A stretch of DNA of 64,000 bases from an uncultured Planctomycetaceae bacterium (GCA_963785305.1 CAWAUV010000007.1:1440001-1504000); one strand, 5' to 3'; counted from the first letter of the stretch, positions 20,668 through 34,936 are shown. Notes: generated by a model not told the origin, from the letters alone. Translations and numbers: made by a program.

Positions 20668-23600
20668 TCATTCGGTCCCGCTGCCAGGATCGGCGGCCAC
20701 GAGGCTCAAGAACCCCGACTGCCGCAAGCGCTGGAAATACACGCCCAGCAGGCGTTCGTCGATCGGCGGGCATTCGATCCCGGCGGCGGCGAGCAGCGCC
20801 CGGGTCTGGCTCGCGTCGTAGCGAGGATGTTCGAGCCGGGCCAGCGGATCGTCGGCCGCCAGGTCGAGCGCGCCAAACACGGCCGCCAGCGATTCGGCCG
20901 CCTCGCCGCCGCCCTGCTCGACAAAGCTCATCAATTTGTCGCGCCAGCGATCCAGCGGCGTCGATTCGAGCGATGCGCCCATCGACTGCAGCCAATCGAC
21001 CAGTTCCCGCATTCGCGGCGGCCGCGGGTGCACCAAATGAAAACAACCGCCCACGGCTTCGGGCCGCGTCGAAAGCGCGACAATCGCCCGGCTCACATAA
21101 TCCACCGGAGTCATGTCCACATCGAGATCCAAATCCGGCGCCGCCCCGAGCTGCATGCAGCCCAGGATCATGGCGTGCAAGAAATCCTTGGTGTTGGCGA
21201 TGCCCGAATCGCTGTGGCCGACGATGCGACCCGGCCGATAGATCGTCACCGGCACGCCGCGCTCGGCGGCGGCGCGAAGCAGCTTCTCCGCCACCCACTT
21301 CGACTGGCTATAGCCATCGTGCAGCGACTCGCAGCGTGGCAGCGGGTCGCGCTCCGTGACCGTGGAATCGCTCGTGTGTTCGCTCGAGGCATGCACGGAG
21401 AACGTCGACACGAAATGCACGGCCTTCAGCCGCCGGGCAACCGCCAACCGCAGCGTTTCGAGCGTTCCGCCGACATTGGCCGAGCGGAGCAGTGGGTAGG
21501 GATAGGCGAAGTTCACCTCCGCTCCGTTGTGATAAATCGCCCGCGCGGCCCCGGCCAGTTGCTCCCAGCGCTCGGGCGAGAGTCCGAATCGCGGGCTCGA
21601 CAAATCGCCAAGCACCGGCGTGACCCGCTCGGCGAGCTCCGCGGTGGAAAGCGAATACCGCGCCAGATTGTCGGCCAGCTTGCGCCGCGCGGACCGTTCG
21701 TCGTCGGCCCGCACCAGGCAATAGACATGCTCGCTCGTGCGACGCAGTAGCTCGTCGAGCAGAAACGCGCCCAAGTAGCCGGTCGCGCCGGTAAGCAGCA
21801 GTCCCTCGGGCAGCGAATCGTTGGATCGCGAAGCCTCGCCGGAACCCGCCCCTGGCGGCACGATCGCGGGATCGAGATTCGTTTCGAGGGCGAAGTCGAT
21901 GCCGAGCGAGTCGGCCGGTCGCTCGCCACGCGCGATCGCGTCGATCGTTTGCGCGATGCCGGCGATCGTCGGCGCGTGAAACACGCGGGCCAGCGGCAGC
22001 TCGATTCGAAATTGGTCGCGCAGGCGGGCGGCAAGCTGCGCCGCGCAGCGAGTGTCCGCCACTGGCGAAAAAGTCATCGTCGATCGAAGGCTCGGCCACG
22101 CTCAAGATATCGCTCCATGCGCGAGCCACGGCCTCTTCGGTGGCGGTGCGGGGCGCGATGCGCGCTTGGGCCGCATCCGCCCGAGCAGCCGGGGCGGGGA
22201 GCGCGCGACGATCGAGCTTGCCATTGGCGGTGCGGGGCATCGCGGCCAGCGGCATGACGCCGGCCGGGATCATGTATTCGGGCAACCGGAGCCGCAGCCA
22301 AGCTTGCAGCTCCGCTCCGGAGGGCGGGGTTTGCGATGGCCCGCTGCCGGTGAAATAGGCGAACAATCGCGTGTCGACGCCTTGGCCCGACGCCATGACG
22401 GCGGCTTCGGCCACGGAGGGATGTTCGGCGAGCGCTGCTTCGATTTCGCCGAGTTCGATGCGAAATCCGCGCACTTTGACTTGCCCGTCGCTCCGGCCCA
22501 GGCATTCGAGCCGCCCGTCGGCCAGCCGCCGACCCAAATCGCCGGTGCGATACAGTCGGGCGCCGGGCTGATTGCTAAACGGATCGGGCACGAAGCTCGC
22601 GTGGGTCAGGTCGGAGCGGCCGCGATAGCCTCGCGCCAGCCCCTGGCCTCCAATCGCAAGCTCGCCCACGACTCCGGTCGGGGCCAAGTCTCCGCGAGCG
22701 TCGAGCACATGGATTTGCGTGTTGGCGATCGGTCGACCGATCGCGATGACACCGTCGGCCGATTCGATTCGCTCGATGGCGGACCAGACCGTCGTCTCCG
22801 TGGGACCATACATGTTCCACAGTTCGCCACCGGTGGCCAAAAGCCGCCGCGCCAAGTCGCGCGGCAGCGCCTCGCCGCCGCATAGCATCTTGAGCGGGCG
22901 ACTGGCGCGAATGCCGTGGGGCTTGGGCCGCGCCATTACCGCCGACGGCCGGTCGCCTTCGCTCCGCCGCGCCGTTGAGGGCCGGCATGGATTGCTGGGC
23001 CGGAAGACCGTTCCAGCCCGCGTCGAGCAGCAAACGCCACGAGGCTGGCGTGGCCTGCAACACCGTGACGCCTTCGTGAGCCAGGAGTTCGATCAGGCGA
23101 TGGCCATCGAGCGATTCTTCTCGCGAGGCAATCACCACCCGAGCGCCCACGACCAGCGGCAAGAAGATCTCGAGCACCGCGATATCGAACGACAGCGTGG
23201 TGACGGCCAGCAGCACATCGTCGCTCGCCAGACCTGGCCGATCGCGCATCGAGAGCAGGAAATTCACCACGGCCCCATGCGTGATCTCGACACCCTTGGG
23301 CCGCCCGGTCGAGCCGGAAGTGTAGAGCACATAGGCCAGGCGATCCGGCGAGCTCGCGCGGGCGAGTCCCTCGGCCGATTGCCGGGCAATGGCGGAGCAA
23401 TCGGCCGCGAGGTCGATTCGCCGCACGCTCGCCGACGGCTCGCGCGAGGCCAGATGCAGCGAGACCGGTCCGGGCGCCGTCACCACCCAGCGCGCTCCGG
23501 AATCGTCGAGCATGGCTTGCAAGCGGGCGGGCGGAAACGCCGGATCGAGCGGCACATAAGCGGCGCCGGCCTTGAGAATCGCCAAGAGCGCGACGAGCAT

Positions 23601-25483
23601 CTCGGGCCCGCGCTCGAGAAACACGCCGACGATCGCCCCGTCGGCGGCGCCCTCGGCCAGCAGATGCCGCGCGAGGCGATTGGCTTGGGCATCGAGCTCG
23701 GCATAGGTCATGCGCTGGGCGCCATGCACGATCGCCACGGCGTCGGGAGCGCGCGCCGCTTGCAACTCGAACAGCGCATGGATCGCGAGAGCGGGAGTCT
23801 CTGCGCCGTGGCGTTGCAGTCGACAAGCAGCCGCCGCCGTTCGTCGGGCGCGAGCAGAGGCAGATCGTCGACGCGGGCCTCGGGATCGGCCACGATCGCC
23901 ATGAGCAGCGACTCGAAATGCGCGGCGAAACGGAGCATCGTTTCGCGGTCGAACAGATCGGTGTTGTACTGGAGCTCGAGCGCGAGTTCACCGCCGGATT
24001 CGGCCATCTGGCATGTGAGATCGAACTGCGTGCTGCATTGATCGATCGGGAAACTCTCGATTTCGAGTTCGCCCACTCGCATCCGCGCGTGGCGCTCGCC
24101 GAGCATGAACGCGTTGAACCCGCGCGCGTGACTGGCCTGCGCGATGCAAGACAAACGCGGTTTGAAAGATCGGCGTGCGGCTCGCGTCGCGCGTCGGCGC
24201 AAGCGTTCCACCAGGAGCGAGAACGGATAATCGTGGTGATCGAAGGCATCGAGAATCGTCTGCCGCAAGGCGGCCAAGAACTCGGTAAATCGCGGGTTGC
24301 CCGAGAGATCGCCACGAATCGCGACCGGGTTGATGAAATCGCCCACGACCGAGGCTTGCGCCGCTCGCGAGCGTCCGCTGGTGGGCGAGCCGACGATAAT
24401 GTCGTCTTGCCCGGTATAGCGGTGGAGCAGTGTCTCGTAAGCGGCCACGAGCGTCATGAACATCGTGGCCCCGTGTTGCTTGCTGAGCTCCTTGAGTCCC
24501 GTGGTCAAGCGAGGCTCGAGCGCCAGATGCGCCACCGCGCCGCGCGAGGTTTGCGTCGCGGGGCGAGGGCGATCGGTCGGCAATTGGAGCGCCGGTAGCG
24601 GCTCGGCCAGTTCGGCCCGCCAATAGTCGAGCATTTTCTCGGCGGCCTCGCCGGCAAGCAGATCGGCTTCGTCGCGAATGTGGTCGAAGTACGTCATCTC
24701 CGGCGGCGGAAGTTCCGCCTGACCGCCGGCGCGATAGCATTCCAAGAATTCACCGATCACGACCAACAACGACCACAGGTCGGTGACGATATGATGCAGG
24801 ACAAACGCGATCAGCGCTTCGTCGTCGGCCACGCGCAACAGAAATGCCTTGCCCGCCGGGCCCGCTTCCAAGTCAAACGGCTGATGCGCCGCCGCCTCGA
24901 GCCGGGCTCGCTGCCGCGACTCGCTCCAACCGCGGCCATCGACCACTTCCAGCGGAACGGGAATGCCGCGATGAATTCGCTGCCGCGGCTCGCCGTCGAT
25001 CTCGTGAAACGTTGCCCGCAGAATGGGATGCCGGGCGACCACTTCGGCAATGGCCCGCCGCATGGCCTCGAGATCGAGTGGTCCGCGCAGCCGCATCGAG
25101 TCCCACACATTATAGGCCGTGTTCGCGCGATCGAGGCGATAGAGGAACCACAGCGCTCGTTGGGCATGGGAGAGCGGATATTCACCCACGATATTCGCCG
25201 AAGCGCCATTCGCCGACGATGCGCCCGCCAACGCGGCATTTGTCGACGCGGCATTCGCCGGCGGGAGCGTCGCTCCATTCAGCGAGGCCGCCGGTCCGCG
25301 ATCGTTCGCATTTGAGTTCGACCGTTCCGAATTCGTCGCTTTCGCGCTGGAAGCACGCGTCGACGTACTTTTGGACTCGCTTGTCGACGCACCTATCGAC
25401 GCGCTCGTCAACGCGCTGTTCAACGCGCTCGTCGACGCGACTTTCGACGCGACTTTCGACGCGACTTTCGACGCGACTGTCAA
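20668..25483 (-). CDS. NRPS module C-A-PCP-thioester reductase (R); several frameshifts
   Basis: C domain (PLSHAQRALW, HHIVTD, LPTDRPRP); A domain (LKAGAAYVPLD, YTSGSTGRPKG, NMYGPTE, YRTGD, NGKLDR); PCP GGHSL; R domain (LTGATGYLG, GYSQSKW). Confidence 0.93.
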
Positions 25484-25533
25484 CGCGCCTGTCGACGCGC
25501 CTGTTCAACGCGCCTGTTCAACGCGCTTGTCGA
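25375..25533. repeat. Imperfect 12/13-bp tandem array at the PKS-NRPS junction
   Basis: Repeated TCGACGCGACTT and TCAACGCGC(C)TGT-type units, translating on the minus strand as STSALN...VASKVASKVASKVAS...SALNSALT. Confidence 0.88.
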
Positions 25534-28500
25534 TCCGGCGCCGGCCAGCGCCTCGAGCAGATGACCCGAGAGTTTCACGAGGCTCGGCCCTTCGAGAAAT
25601 CTGGCGATCGGCAGCGAAACGCCCAAACTGCCTTCGATCTTGTTCTTGAGCTCGATCACCATCAGCGAGTCGATGCCGAGCGTGCTCAGCGAATCGCGGG
25701 GATTGATTTTTTCGGGCTCGATTTCCATCACCGTCGCAAGCTGCTCGGTGAGATATCGCTCGAGCAGCGCGGATCGAGCCTCGTCCGGCGCGGCGAGCAG
25801 TTCGGCGCGAAGTTGCAAGTCGCCCGTGGCTTTGGGGGCCGGCCGCTCGACAAGCCCGGCGAGCAGCGTGGGAGCGCCGGCCGGATACTGAGCGCCCAGC
25901 CGGCTCCAGTCGATATCCATCACGCCGACTTGCGTCGGCTCGAGCGTCGAGCATCATTCGCAAGCTCTGAAACGCCAAGTCGGGCGGCAGGGGCGCGATG
26001 CCTTGCGCGGCCAGACGGGCGGCGTCGGCCGAGCGCGTGGCCATGCCGCCATCGGCCCAGGGCCCCCAGTTGATCGTCAGGGCCGGCAAGCCCGTTCGCC
26101 GCCGCTCCCAGGCGAGCGAATCAAGAAACGCATTGCCCGCGGCATAGTTGGCCTGGCCGGGCGAGCCCAATAGCGGCGCGACCGAGGAGAACATGACGAA
26201 GAAATCGAGCGGCTCGCCGCGCGTGGCCACATGCAGGTTCCACGCGCCATCGACCTTGGGCGCGAGCGCTCGGGCCAACCGCTCGCGATCGAGGCTTGCC
26301 ACCGCGCCGTCGTCGAGCAGGCCGGCCGCGTGGATCACGCCTCTGAGCGGCAAGTCCGCGCTTCGACTCGCCGCCAAGGCCGCCAGCACCTGTTTACCGG
26401 AAGCGACATCGGCCGCGACCGTCGTGACCTCGGCGCCGAGCGCTTCGATCTCTTCGATCGTGGCTTGGGCCGCGGGCGTGGGGCGACCGCGACCCATGAG
26501 CACGAGCCGGCCAGCGCCAGAGCGAGCCAGCCATCGCGCCGCGCCCAGTCCCAGGGCGCCGAGTCCGCCGGTGATGAGATAGGATCCGTCGCCGCGGACC
26601 GTGGGCAAAGCGACGGGCCGGACCGGCGCGCCACCTGCCGCGGCCGCCGCGTTTTTGCCCGCCGCTCGGGCCAACGACACGATCACCTTGCCGATATTCT
26701 TGCGCTGCTGCATGTAGCGGAACGCGCCCACGACCTCGCCCGCCTCGAACACCGTGCTGGGCAGCGGCCGATACACGCCTTCGCGAAATCGATCGACAAT
26801 CTCGAGGAACATGCTTCGCACCAGCGCCGGCCGCTCGCGGAGCATGCGGTCGAGATCGATGGCCGAGAAATTGAGATTGTTTTGAAACGGATACATTCCC
26901 AGCAAGCGGTTCTGGTAAATGTCGATTTTGCCGATTTCGAGAAATCGCCCGTAGCCGCGCAGCAGCGACAAGCTGGCGGGAATCGCTTCGCCCGGCAGCG
27001 AGTTGAGCACCACATCGACACCCTCGGGCGCGGCGCCGGCGCGAATCTGCTCCACGAAGTCGAGCGAGCGCGAGTCGTACACATGTTCGACGCCCAGCGA
27101 ACGCAAGAAGTCTCGCTTGGCGGGACTTCCGGCGGTGCCGAGGATTTCGCAGCCTCGGGCTTGGCAGATTTGCACCGCGGCTAGCCCCACGCCACCAGCC
27201 GCCGCATGAATCAGCACTCGCTCGCCGGGTTCGATTTGCGCGAGGCGATGGAGCGCATAGTGGGCCGTGAGAAACGCGATCGGCACGGCCGCCGCCTCGG
27301 CGTCGCTCAAATGCTCCGGCTTCGGCGCCACCGCGCTCGCCTCGGTGATTGCATGCGAAGCAAAGCTAAACGGCGCGATCGCAATTACCGGATCGCCCAC
27401 GCGAAGATCGCTGACCTCGGGTCCCACGGCCGACACGCGGCCCGCGCATTCGATACCCATGGGAACCGGCCCCGCGCCCAAGCCGGGATACAGGCCCATG
27501 GCCTTGAGCACATCGCTGAAATTGAGCCCCGCGGCGCCCACTTCGATCTCGACCTGGGCTCGCTCCGGCGCCCGGCGGCGGCAAGGGCGAAGCGTGAGCC
27601 GATCAAGGCTGCCCGGCTGGGGGCATTCGAGTTGGAAGCTGCCTTCCGAGGGAACTGTCGTTTTGGACGACGCGACGGGCGCGGCTTTGTTCGCGGCCGG
27701 AGGCGCATAGCCGCCGAGCCGCGCGATGAATCGCTCGCCGCCACGATAAGCCACCTGTTGCTCGGAGTCGCCGGCGGCGAGTTCTTTCGCCAAGCTCGCG
27801 GCGGCGTCGGCCGGTTTCGCCGCCGGATCGAGATCGACGAGCGCGACCCGAAGCTCTGGATGCTCGACCGCCAGCACCGCCCCGAATCCCCAGAGCGGCG
27901 CTTGGCCAAGTTGGATCGGCGCGACCGGCGATGCCTCGTTGATCTCGACGCCGCGTGCTCCGCGCGTGACGAACACGAGCCGTGGAGCATCGGCCCAATC
28001 CGCCCGCACGACGGCCTGCGCCAAACCCAGCGCGCTTTCGCAGCCCAAACCGCGGGCGACATCGAGCGCGGCGGTTTGCAAACCGTCGTCCGTGGACTTC
28101 TTACTCGCCGCGCCAGCCAAGTCAGGAATCGCGAGGCTCGCGAGATGCACGATGCCTCGCGGCGCAACCGTTCGCCGGGCAGCGCCTCGCTCAATCGGCC
28201 GCGCCAAGCTTCCCAACTCGACGCCTCATCGGCCAAAGCGATGCGAACACACGATTGACCCAACTCGCGGAGCGATTCCTCGAGCTGTTGCCCGAAGCCG
28301 GTCGTATCGCCCACGAGGAGCCACGGCGCTTGCTCGCTCGACGCCGGAAGCGGCGCGCTCGGCGCCTCGGGCACTTCGAGCAACGCTGGACGCCAAGCGG
28401 GAACATAGAGCCAAGACTGAATGGTTTCAGCGGCGTCGCGCTCATGGCGACGGCCGACACGGCGAAGCTTGACGCCCGAGAGCTCGACGCACGCGATTCC

Positions 28501-31500
28501 CGCCCCGTCGTGGAGCGTCACATCGCCCGAGAGCAGGTCGCGATCGGCCGGCGACTCCGGGAGCGCAAGCCGCGCATGGGCCCAAAGGCGGCCGTTTATG
28601 GAACCGGAAACACGAATCCGGCCGATGCCCACCGGCAAATAGGTCTCGCCGCTACCCTCGGCCACCCAGATCGGCGGCACGGCGGCGCCCAGCACCTGAA
28701 TACACGCGTCGACCAGAGCTGGATGGGCGATATAGTCGCCCGCGTCGACCGCCACATTCGGCGGCGTCACGATCTCCGCCAGCGACTCGCCATCGGACCG
28801 CCAGCTTCGCTCGACACACTGGAAGCTGGGCCCGTATTCCAAGCCGCGACAGGCGAATCGCCGAATTCCTTCCGCCCGATCGAGCGACTCATCGAGCTCC
28901 TCCGCAAGCGATTTGAACGCGGCCGGATCCAACTTGGCCAGGCTCGCATCGTGGGCGATATCCTTGGGCGGCCCGCTCGCCGCGGCGTCGGAAGATTCGG
29001 CGCCCGGATTCACGGGAGCGGCCACGGCAAGCGTCGCGCGGCGAACCGAGCCTTCGGCGTGCAATGCCCAGGCGACGCCAGCGGACGGGCCTTTCCCATC
29101 GGTCGCGGGCAAATGAAAAATCTGAAACGACGCCCGGCCACCCACCTCGGGCGAGAGCACCACTTGCATCGGATGCGATCGCTCCGCATCAAGAAAGAGC
29201 GCCTGTGAAAACGTGACGTTTTCAATCGCATGCTCGCCGGGGCCAAAGGTTTCGCGGGCGGCCGCCAGCGCCAGTTCAAGATAACCAGCGCCGGGAAATA
29301 TCACCGAGCCGCGCACCTTGTGATCGGCCAACCACGGGAGCCGCGCAAGGCTCACTTCGGTTAGGAATTGCGTCATCGCCAGGGCCGATGGCATGCGCAC
29401 GCCGAGCAGCGGATGCAGCATCGCCCCGCCCCGCAACAGCGAGCGGCTCGTATCGCTGGCGATCGGATCGCCCGAATCCATCCAATGCCGCTGCCGCTGG
29501 AATGGGTAGCTGGCCAGCGCCACTCGGGCCGTGGCGTGGGGACGGTCAAAGGCTGCGCCAGTCGATCGTCACTCCGCGCACATGCAGTCCCGCGACCGAG
29601 GCCAGCAGAATTCGCCAAGCGTCTTGTCCGCGGCGCAGCGAGGGCAGCCACGCGCCGAAGTCGGGGGGCAAACACTTTTTGCCCAGCCCCAAGAGCACCG
29701 GCGCCGGACCGATCTCGACAAACGCCTCGCACCCCGCCGCGGCCAGCGCCGCCATGCCGCGCGAAAACTGCACGCACTGTCGGCTGTGTTCGCGCCAATA
29801 ATCGGCGTCGGGGATCTCGCCCGGTTCGAGCAGCCGGCCATGAAGATTCGACACCAACGGCACGCTCACCGGGCGAAATTCGAGCCCGGCGGCAAATGAC
29901 CTGAATTCATTCAGGATCGGATCGAGATGCGAGGAATGAAACGCATGCGAGACCACCAACGGCTGGCAGGCGATGTCGCGGGCCATGAAATGCGAGACCG
30001 TCTCTTGCACCGCCAGTTCGTCGCCGGAAATCACCACGCTGTCGGGCCCATTGATCGCCGCGATCGCCAGTCGCTCGCCATAGGGCGCTACAAACTCGGC
30101 CACCTCGGCCTCGCCGGTCATGACCACCGCCATCTGGCCGCGCCGGTCGAGTCCTTGCATCAACTCGGCCCGGCGGGCGATCAGCCGCAGCCCATCTTCC
30201 AGCGAAAACGCGCCCGCGAAACAGGCCGCCGCGTATTCGCCGACACTGTGCCCCAGGACCGCCGCCGGACGCACTCCCCACGATTCCCACATGCGGGCGA
30301 GCGCCATTTCCACCGCGAAGAGCGCCGGCTGGGTATAGGCGGTGCGATCGATCCGCGACGAATCGCCCTGGAGATCGTAGAGCACATCGATGAGCGAGCA
30401 GCCGATGAGGGGCCGCAGAATCGCGTCGCATTCATCGAGCACTCGGCGAAACTCGGGCTGAGCGTCGTACAAGGCCCGCGCCATGCCGAAATATTGGGAG
30501 CCCTGCCCGGTGAAGAGAAATGCCACCCGCGGCGCGGCGCCGGCGCGCGGCGGTTCCTCGGATGCTACCATTGAGCTTGCCACGCTTGGCGAAGGCGCGG
30601 AGTTGCTCGACGAGTCGTGGCGTGGAATCGACCACCACCGCCAATCGCTCCGGCAGATGGGTGCGACCGGCCGAGAGCGTGTGACATACATCGACCAGCG
30701 GCAGTTCCGGCCGGGTCGCGAGATGCTCCGCATAGCGCTCGGCCACTCGCGGCAGACCCTCGGGGGTAAGCGCCGAGAGCACCGCCACCGACAACGGCCG
30801 CTCGAGAAGCGCCGCGGGCGACGCCGCCGGCAGTTGCCCCGGCGAAGCGCCCGCGATCAGCGCCGCCGCGCGAGCGGAAGACCGCGCCGCGTGAATCGGC
30901 GATTCCTCGAGCACCACATGGGCGTTCGCCCCGCCGAAACCGAAACCGGAAATGCTCGCTAGGCGGCCGTTGGCTCCGGGCGCCCAGGGCCGAAGCTCGG
31001 TGCTGATGCGCAGCGACGGGTGGCCGCCGGCGTCAAGGGCCGGCGGGATATTGGGATTGAGCGACTCGAAATTATGTTGCGGCGGAATCCAGCCGTTTTG
31101 CAACATCAGCACCACGCGAATCAAGCTCGCCACGCCCGACGCGGTTTCCAAATGGCCGATGTTCGCCTTCACCGAACCCATGTAACAGGGCGGGCTCTCG
31201 GGACGGCGCTGACCGAGCACCGCTTGCAGCGCGCCGACTTCGATCGGGTCGCCCAGCGGGGTGCCGGTGCCGTGGGCCTCGACATAGGTCAGGTCATCGG
31301 GCGAAACATCGGCTTGCCGGAGAGCCTCGCGAATGCACTCTTGCTGCGCGGGACCATTGGGCGCGGTGAGGCCGCTACTCTTGCCGTCTTGATTCACCGC
31401 GGTGCCGCGAATGACGGCGAGCACATTGTCGCCCGAGCGAATCGCGTCGGCCAGCCGTTTGAGCACCACGAGACCGCATCCCTCGCCGCGCACATAGCCA

Positions 31501-34500
31501 TTGGCGCCCGCGTCGAAGGGGCGACATTTTCCATCGGGCGAAAGCATGCGCGCCTTGCTGAAGGCGATCGTCGTTTCCGGCGAGAGAATCACATTCACCC
31601 CGCCGGCGATCGCCGCGTCGCACTCGCGGGCGCTCAGGCTCCGCACCGCATAGTGCAGCGACACCAGGGCCGACGAGCACGCGGTGTCGATCGCCATGCT
31701 CGGCCCGCGCAGATCGAACACATAGGAAAGCCGATTCGCCGCGATGCTCAGCGCATTGCCGGTGCCGCAATAAGCGTCGATCAGCCGCAAGTAATTGTCG
31801 AACGCGCGATACATCTGCGAATAGTCCGCCGCGCCGATGCCGACAAACACTCCGGTGCGGCTGCCAGCCAACTGCTCGCCGCTCCAACCGGCATGCTCAA
31901 ACGCCTCCCAGGCCACTTCGAGCAATAGCCGCTGCTGCGGATCCATGCGCGCCGCCTCGCGCGGCGTGATGTTGAACAGCCGCGGGTCGAACTGATCGAT
32001 ATTTTCGACGAACCCGCCCCAGCGCGTGGCCATCTTGCCGGGCACATCGGGATTGGCGTCGTAGAACTCGGTGGCGTTCCAGCGGTCGGGCGGAATTTCG
32101 GTGATCGCGTCGGCGTTGTCGGCCATCAGTCGCCAGTAGCTGTCGACGTCGGGGGCCCCCGGAAAACGGCAGGCCATGCCCACCACGGCGATCGGCTCCG
32201 CGAGAGTCGAGCGGTCGATCGTGCTCGCGCCGGCGCCCGCCGCTTCGTGCGACAAATGCCGGGACAGCAAAAGCACCGTGGGATAGTCCCAGGCCATGGT
32301 GGCGGTGAGCTTGCGGCCGAGCCATGTCTCGAGCTCGCCGACCAGCGCCACCATCTGCACCGAGTCGAGGCCCAGCGTGTTGAACGGTTGACGCAAGTCG
32401 ATTTCGGCTGCCGGCACGCGCAGCCGGCTCGCGAGATGATCGACCAGCCAGGTTTGAATCTCCTCGGCCGAACGCCGCGCGGCCGGATTCAGCGCGGCAC
32501 TGGAGGCGTCAGGCCCCTTCGATGGATCGAACCCCGTCGACGGACCGGGCCCCTTCGCCGGGTCGAACCCTGTCGCCGGGTCGAACCCTGTCGCCGGGTC
32601 GAACCCTGTCGCCGGGTCGAACCCTGTCGCCGGATCGGGCGCTTCGGCGAAAAATGCCTCGGTATTGCCCACGCCGCTGGCCGGGGGCGCGGCTCGGTCG
32701 GCGGCGGACGCCGCGGTCGCGGCTTCGAGCGGCGCTTTGCGCTCGCGGCGGCGGGAGCGAATCTCGGTATCGCCGCGCCCGATGCCCGCGGCGGCCGACC
32801 ACTGGGCCACCACTTGCAAGCGATCTTGCAAGTAGGCTTCGCGGCAAGCGCGGCGCTGAACCTTGCCGCTCGAAGTTTTGGGAATCGTGTAGGGGGCGAT
32901 CAACACGATTGTCAGCGGCGTGACATCGTGCGCCTCGACCACCGCCAAGCGGATCGCCATGAGCGCTTCCTCGAGCGGAGCGTCGCGGCCGCGCCGGTCG
33001 AGCTCTTGCACGACCACCAAATGTTCTTCACGTCCCTGGTCGATCGAAAAGGCCGCGGCGCCGGTGGCGCGCAGCGCCGGGTGGCTCCGCTCGACCGTGA
33101 GCTCGATCTCTTGGGGAAACAGATTTCGCCCGCGAAGGATGATTAAATCCTTGAGCCGCCCGGCGACCATCAACTCGCCCTGATGAAAGAAGCCCAAGTC
33201 GCCGGTGCGCAGAAACGGCCCATCGCCCGCCAATGACGCCCCAGCGGCGGCGCCGGATTCCGACGGCCCGGCTTCGAGAGGAATCGCTTCGGGAGAAACG
33301 GATTCGACAAGATTGGCGCCCGGCGATCGACCGTTGCTTGCGACCAAGCGAGCCCCAAACACTTGGGCCGACAATTCGGGCCGATTCCAATAGCCCTGGG
33401 CCACGCTCGGGCTGGCGACCCAGATTTCGCCGACCACGCCCTCGGCGCACGGCGTGTGCGTGCCAGGATGCACGATCCGCACTTGCTGATCGAGCCGAGC
33501 GCGTCCGCAGCCGACGAACGTTTGCGTGGCGCGAGATTCAGCCGCGGCCGGGTCTTTGCCTTCGGCCGAGCCATTGCCCACCGCTTGCGGGGCGGACGAC
33601 GCGGCAGCGGGCGGCGTGTCGACCACGACCACGCGGTCGTCGGCCAGCGCTTCGCGATCGACCGTGAGCACGATCGGCGTCGAAGTCGCCTTGGCCGCCG
33701 GTGACTTGCAAGGTAGCTTCGGCGAGCCCGTAGCCGGGATAAAACGCCGCCGGCGAAAAGCCCACCGGCCGGAAAGCCGCCGCGAACCGATCCAGGGTTT
33801 CGGCCCGCACCGGCTCGGCCGCGCACACCGTGAGCCGCCAGCTCGATAGATCGAGCCCGGCGAGTTGCGTGGGTCCGATCCGATCGACGCACAGATCGTA
33901 AGCAAAATTCGGCGCTCCGCTGATCACGCCGCGGTATTTCGTGATCGCTTGCAACCAGCAGACCGGGCGATGCAAAAAAGCGGCCGGCGAGAGCAGCACG
34001 CTCGAGCCGCCCATGAACATCGGCTCGAGAATTCCGCCGATCAGACCCATGTCATGATACATCGGCAGCCACGTGACCCAGCGCGAGTCGTCGGGCAGTT
34101 CGAGCCCTTGCCGCATCAGCGCCAAGTTATGGAGCAGATTGCCGTGGCTGACCATCACTCCCTTGGGATCGCCGGTCGAGCCCGATGTGTACTGGAGAAA
34201 CGCCAGCGTTTGTCCCGTGATTCGTTGGGGGCGATAGGCCGAATCGGCCGGATCGAGCTCATCGGTCGTGAGCCACTTCAGCCGCCGCAGGTCCGGCGCG
34301 CCGTTGAACTGGCGCTCGATGCTCGCCAGCAGCGACCGGGTCGTGACCGCCGCCTTGGCGCCCGAATCAGCGAGGATCGCCGAGAGCCGTGTCATGGGGC
34401 GATTCGGGCGCGGCGGATAGGCCGGAACCGCCACGGCGCCGGCCGCGAGGCAACCAAAAAATGCGGCGATATAATCCAGACCCGACGGGTACAAAATCAG

Positions 34501-34713
34501 CACCCGTTCGCCGGCGAGATTCAGGCGTTGCAGCCGCGTGGCGATGGCGCGAGTGCGCTGGGCCAAATCGCGGTAGCTCCAGCAGGTCTCGCGGCCGTCC
34601 TCGTCGCGGAGAAAAGTGAACGGAATTCCCTGGGGATCATCGGCCTCTCGGGACCAAAGCAGTTCGACGAGCGTCGCGGGCGCCGCCAGCGAGCGAGGGT
34701 GGGATACGTGCAT
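25480..34713 (-). CDS. Type I PKS with fatty acyl-AMP ligase loading: FAAL-ACP-KS-AT-DH-ER-KR-ACP; several frameshifts
   Basis: FAAL (FLQYTSGSTGDPKGV, WLPMYHDMGLIGG, YGLAEATL); ACP LGLDSV; KS (DTACSS, HGTGT, NIGHLE); AT (GHSVG, HAFH); DH (HKVRGSVIFP); ER (LIHAAAGGVG); KR (GGLGALG, LDD, NYAAGN); ACP LGIDSL. Confidence 0.94.
32557..32636. repeat. 18-bp tandem repeat encoding (DPATGF)n in the FAAL-ACP linker
   Basis: GCCGGGTCGAACCCTGTC x4 plus degenerate flanking copies. Confidence 0.93.
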
Positions 34714-34936
34714 CGATCTTTCGCGTCAGAATGCTGGAAACTCGAATGTCCCGGGAACTTACGGCGAACCAAAACAGCGGGCGACTCGATCGCGAGCGAA
34801 CCCTTGAAGGTAGCCGCTTGGCGGGGTGAAAACAAGCCGCCGACAGGGTTGAAACATCGCCAATGGGCTTGATTGAGCGGTACAATCGCGGCATTTCGCC
34901 CACCCCCACCGCTCGAACCGCGCCGGCATATGCCGC

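Noticed and set aside
20668..34713. Calling the PKS-NRPS a pseudogene
   Set aside because: Catalytic motifs are intact and frameshifts also hit trpS and other housekeeping genes.
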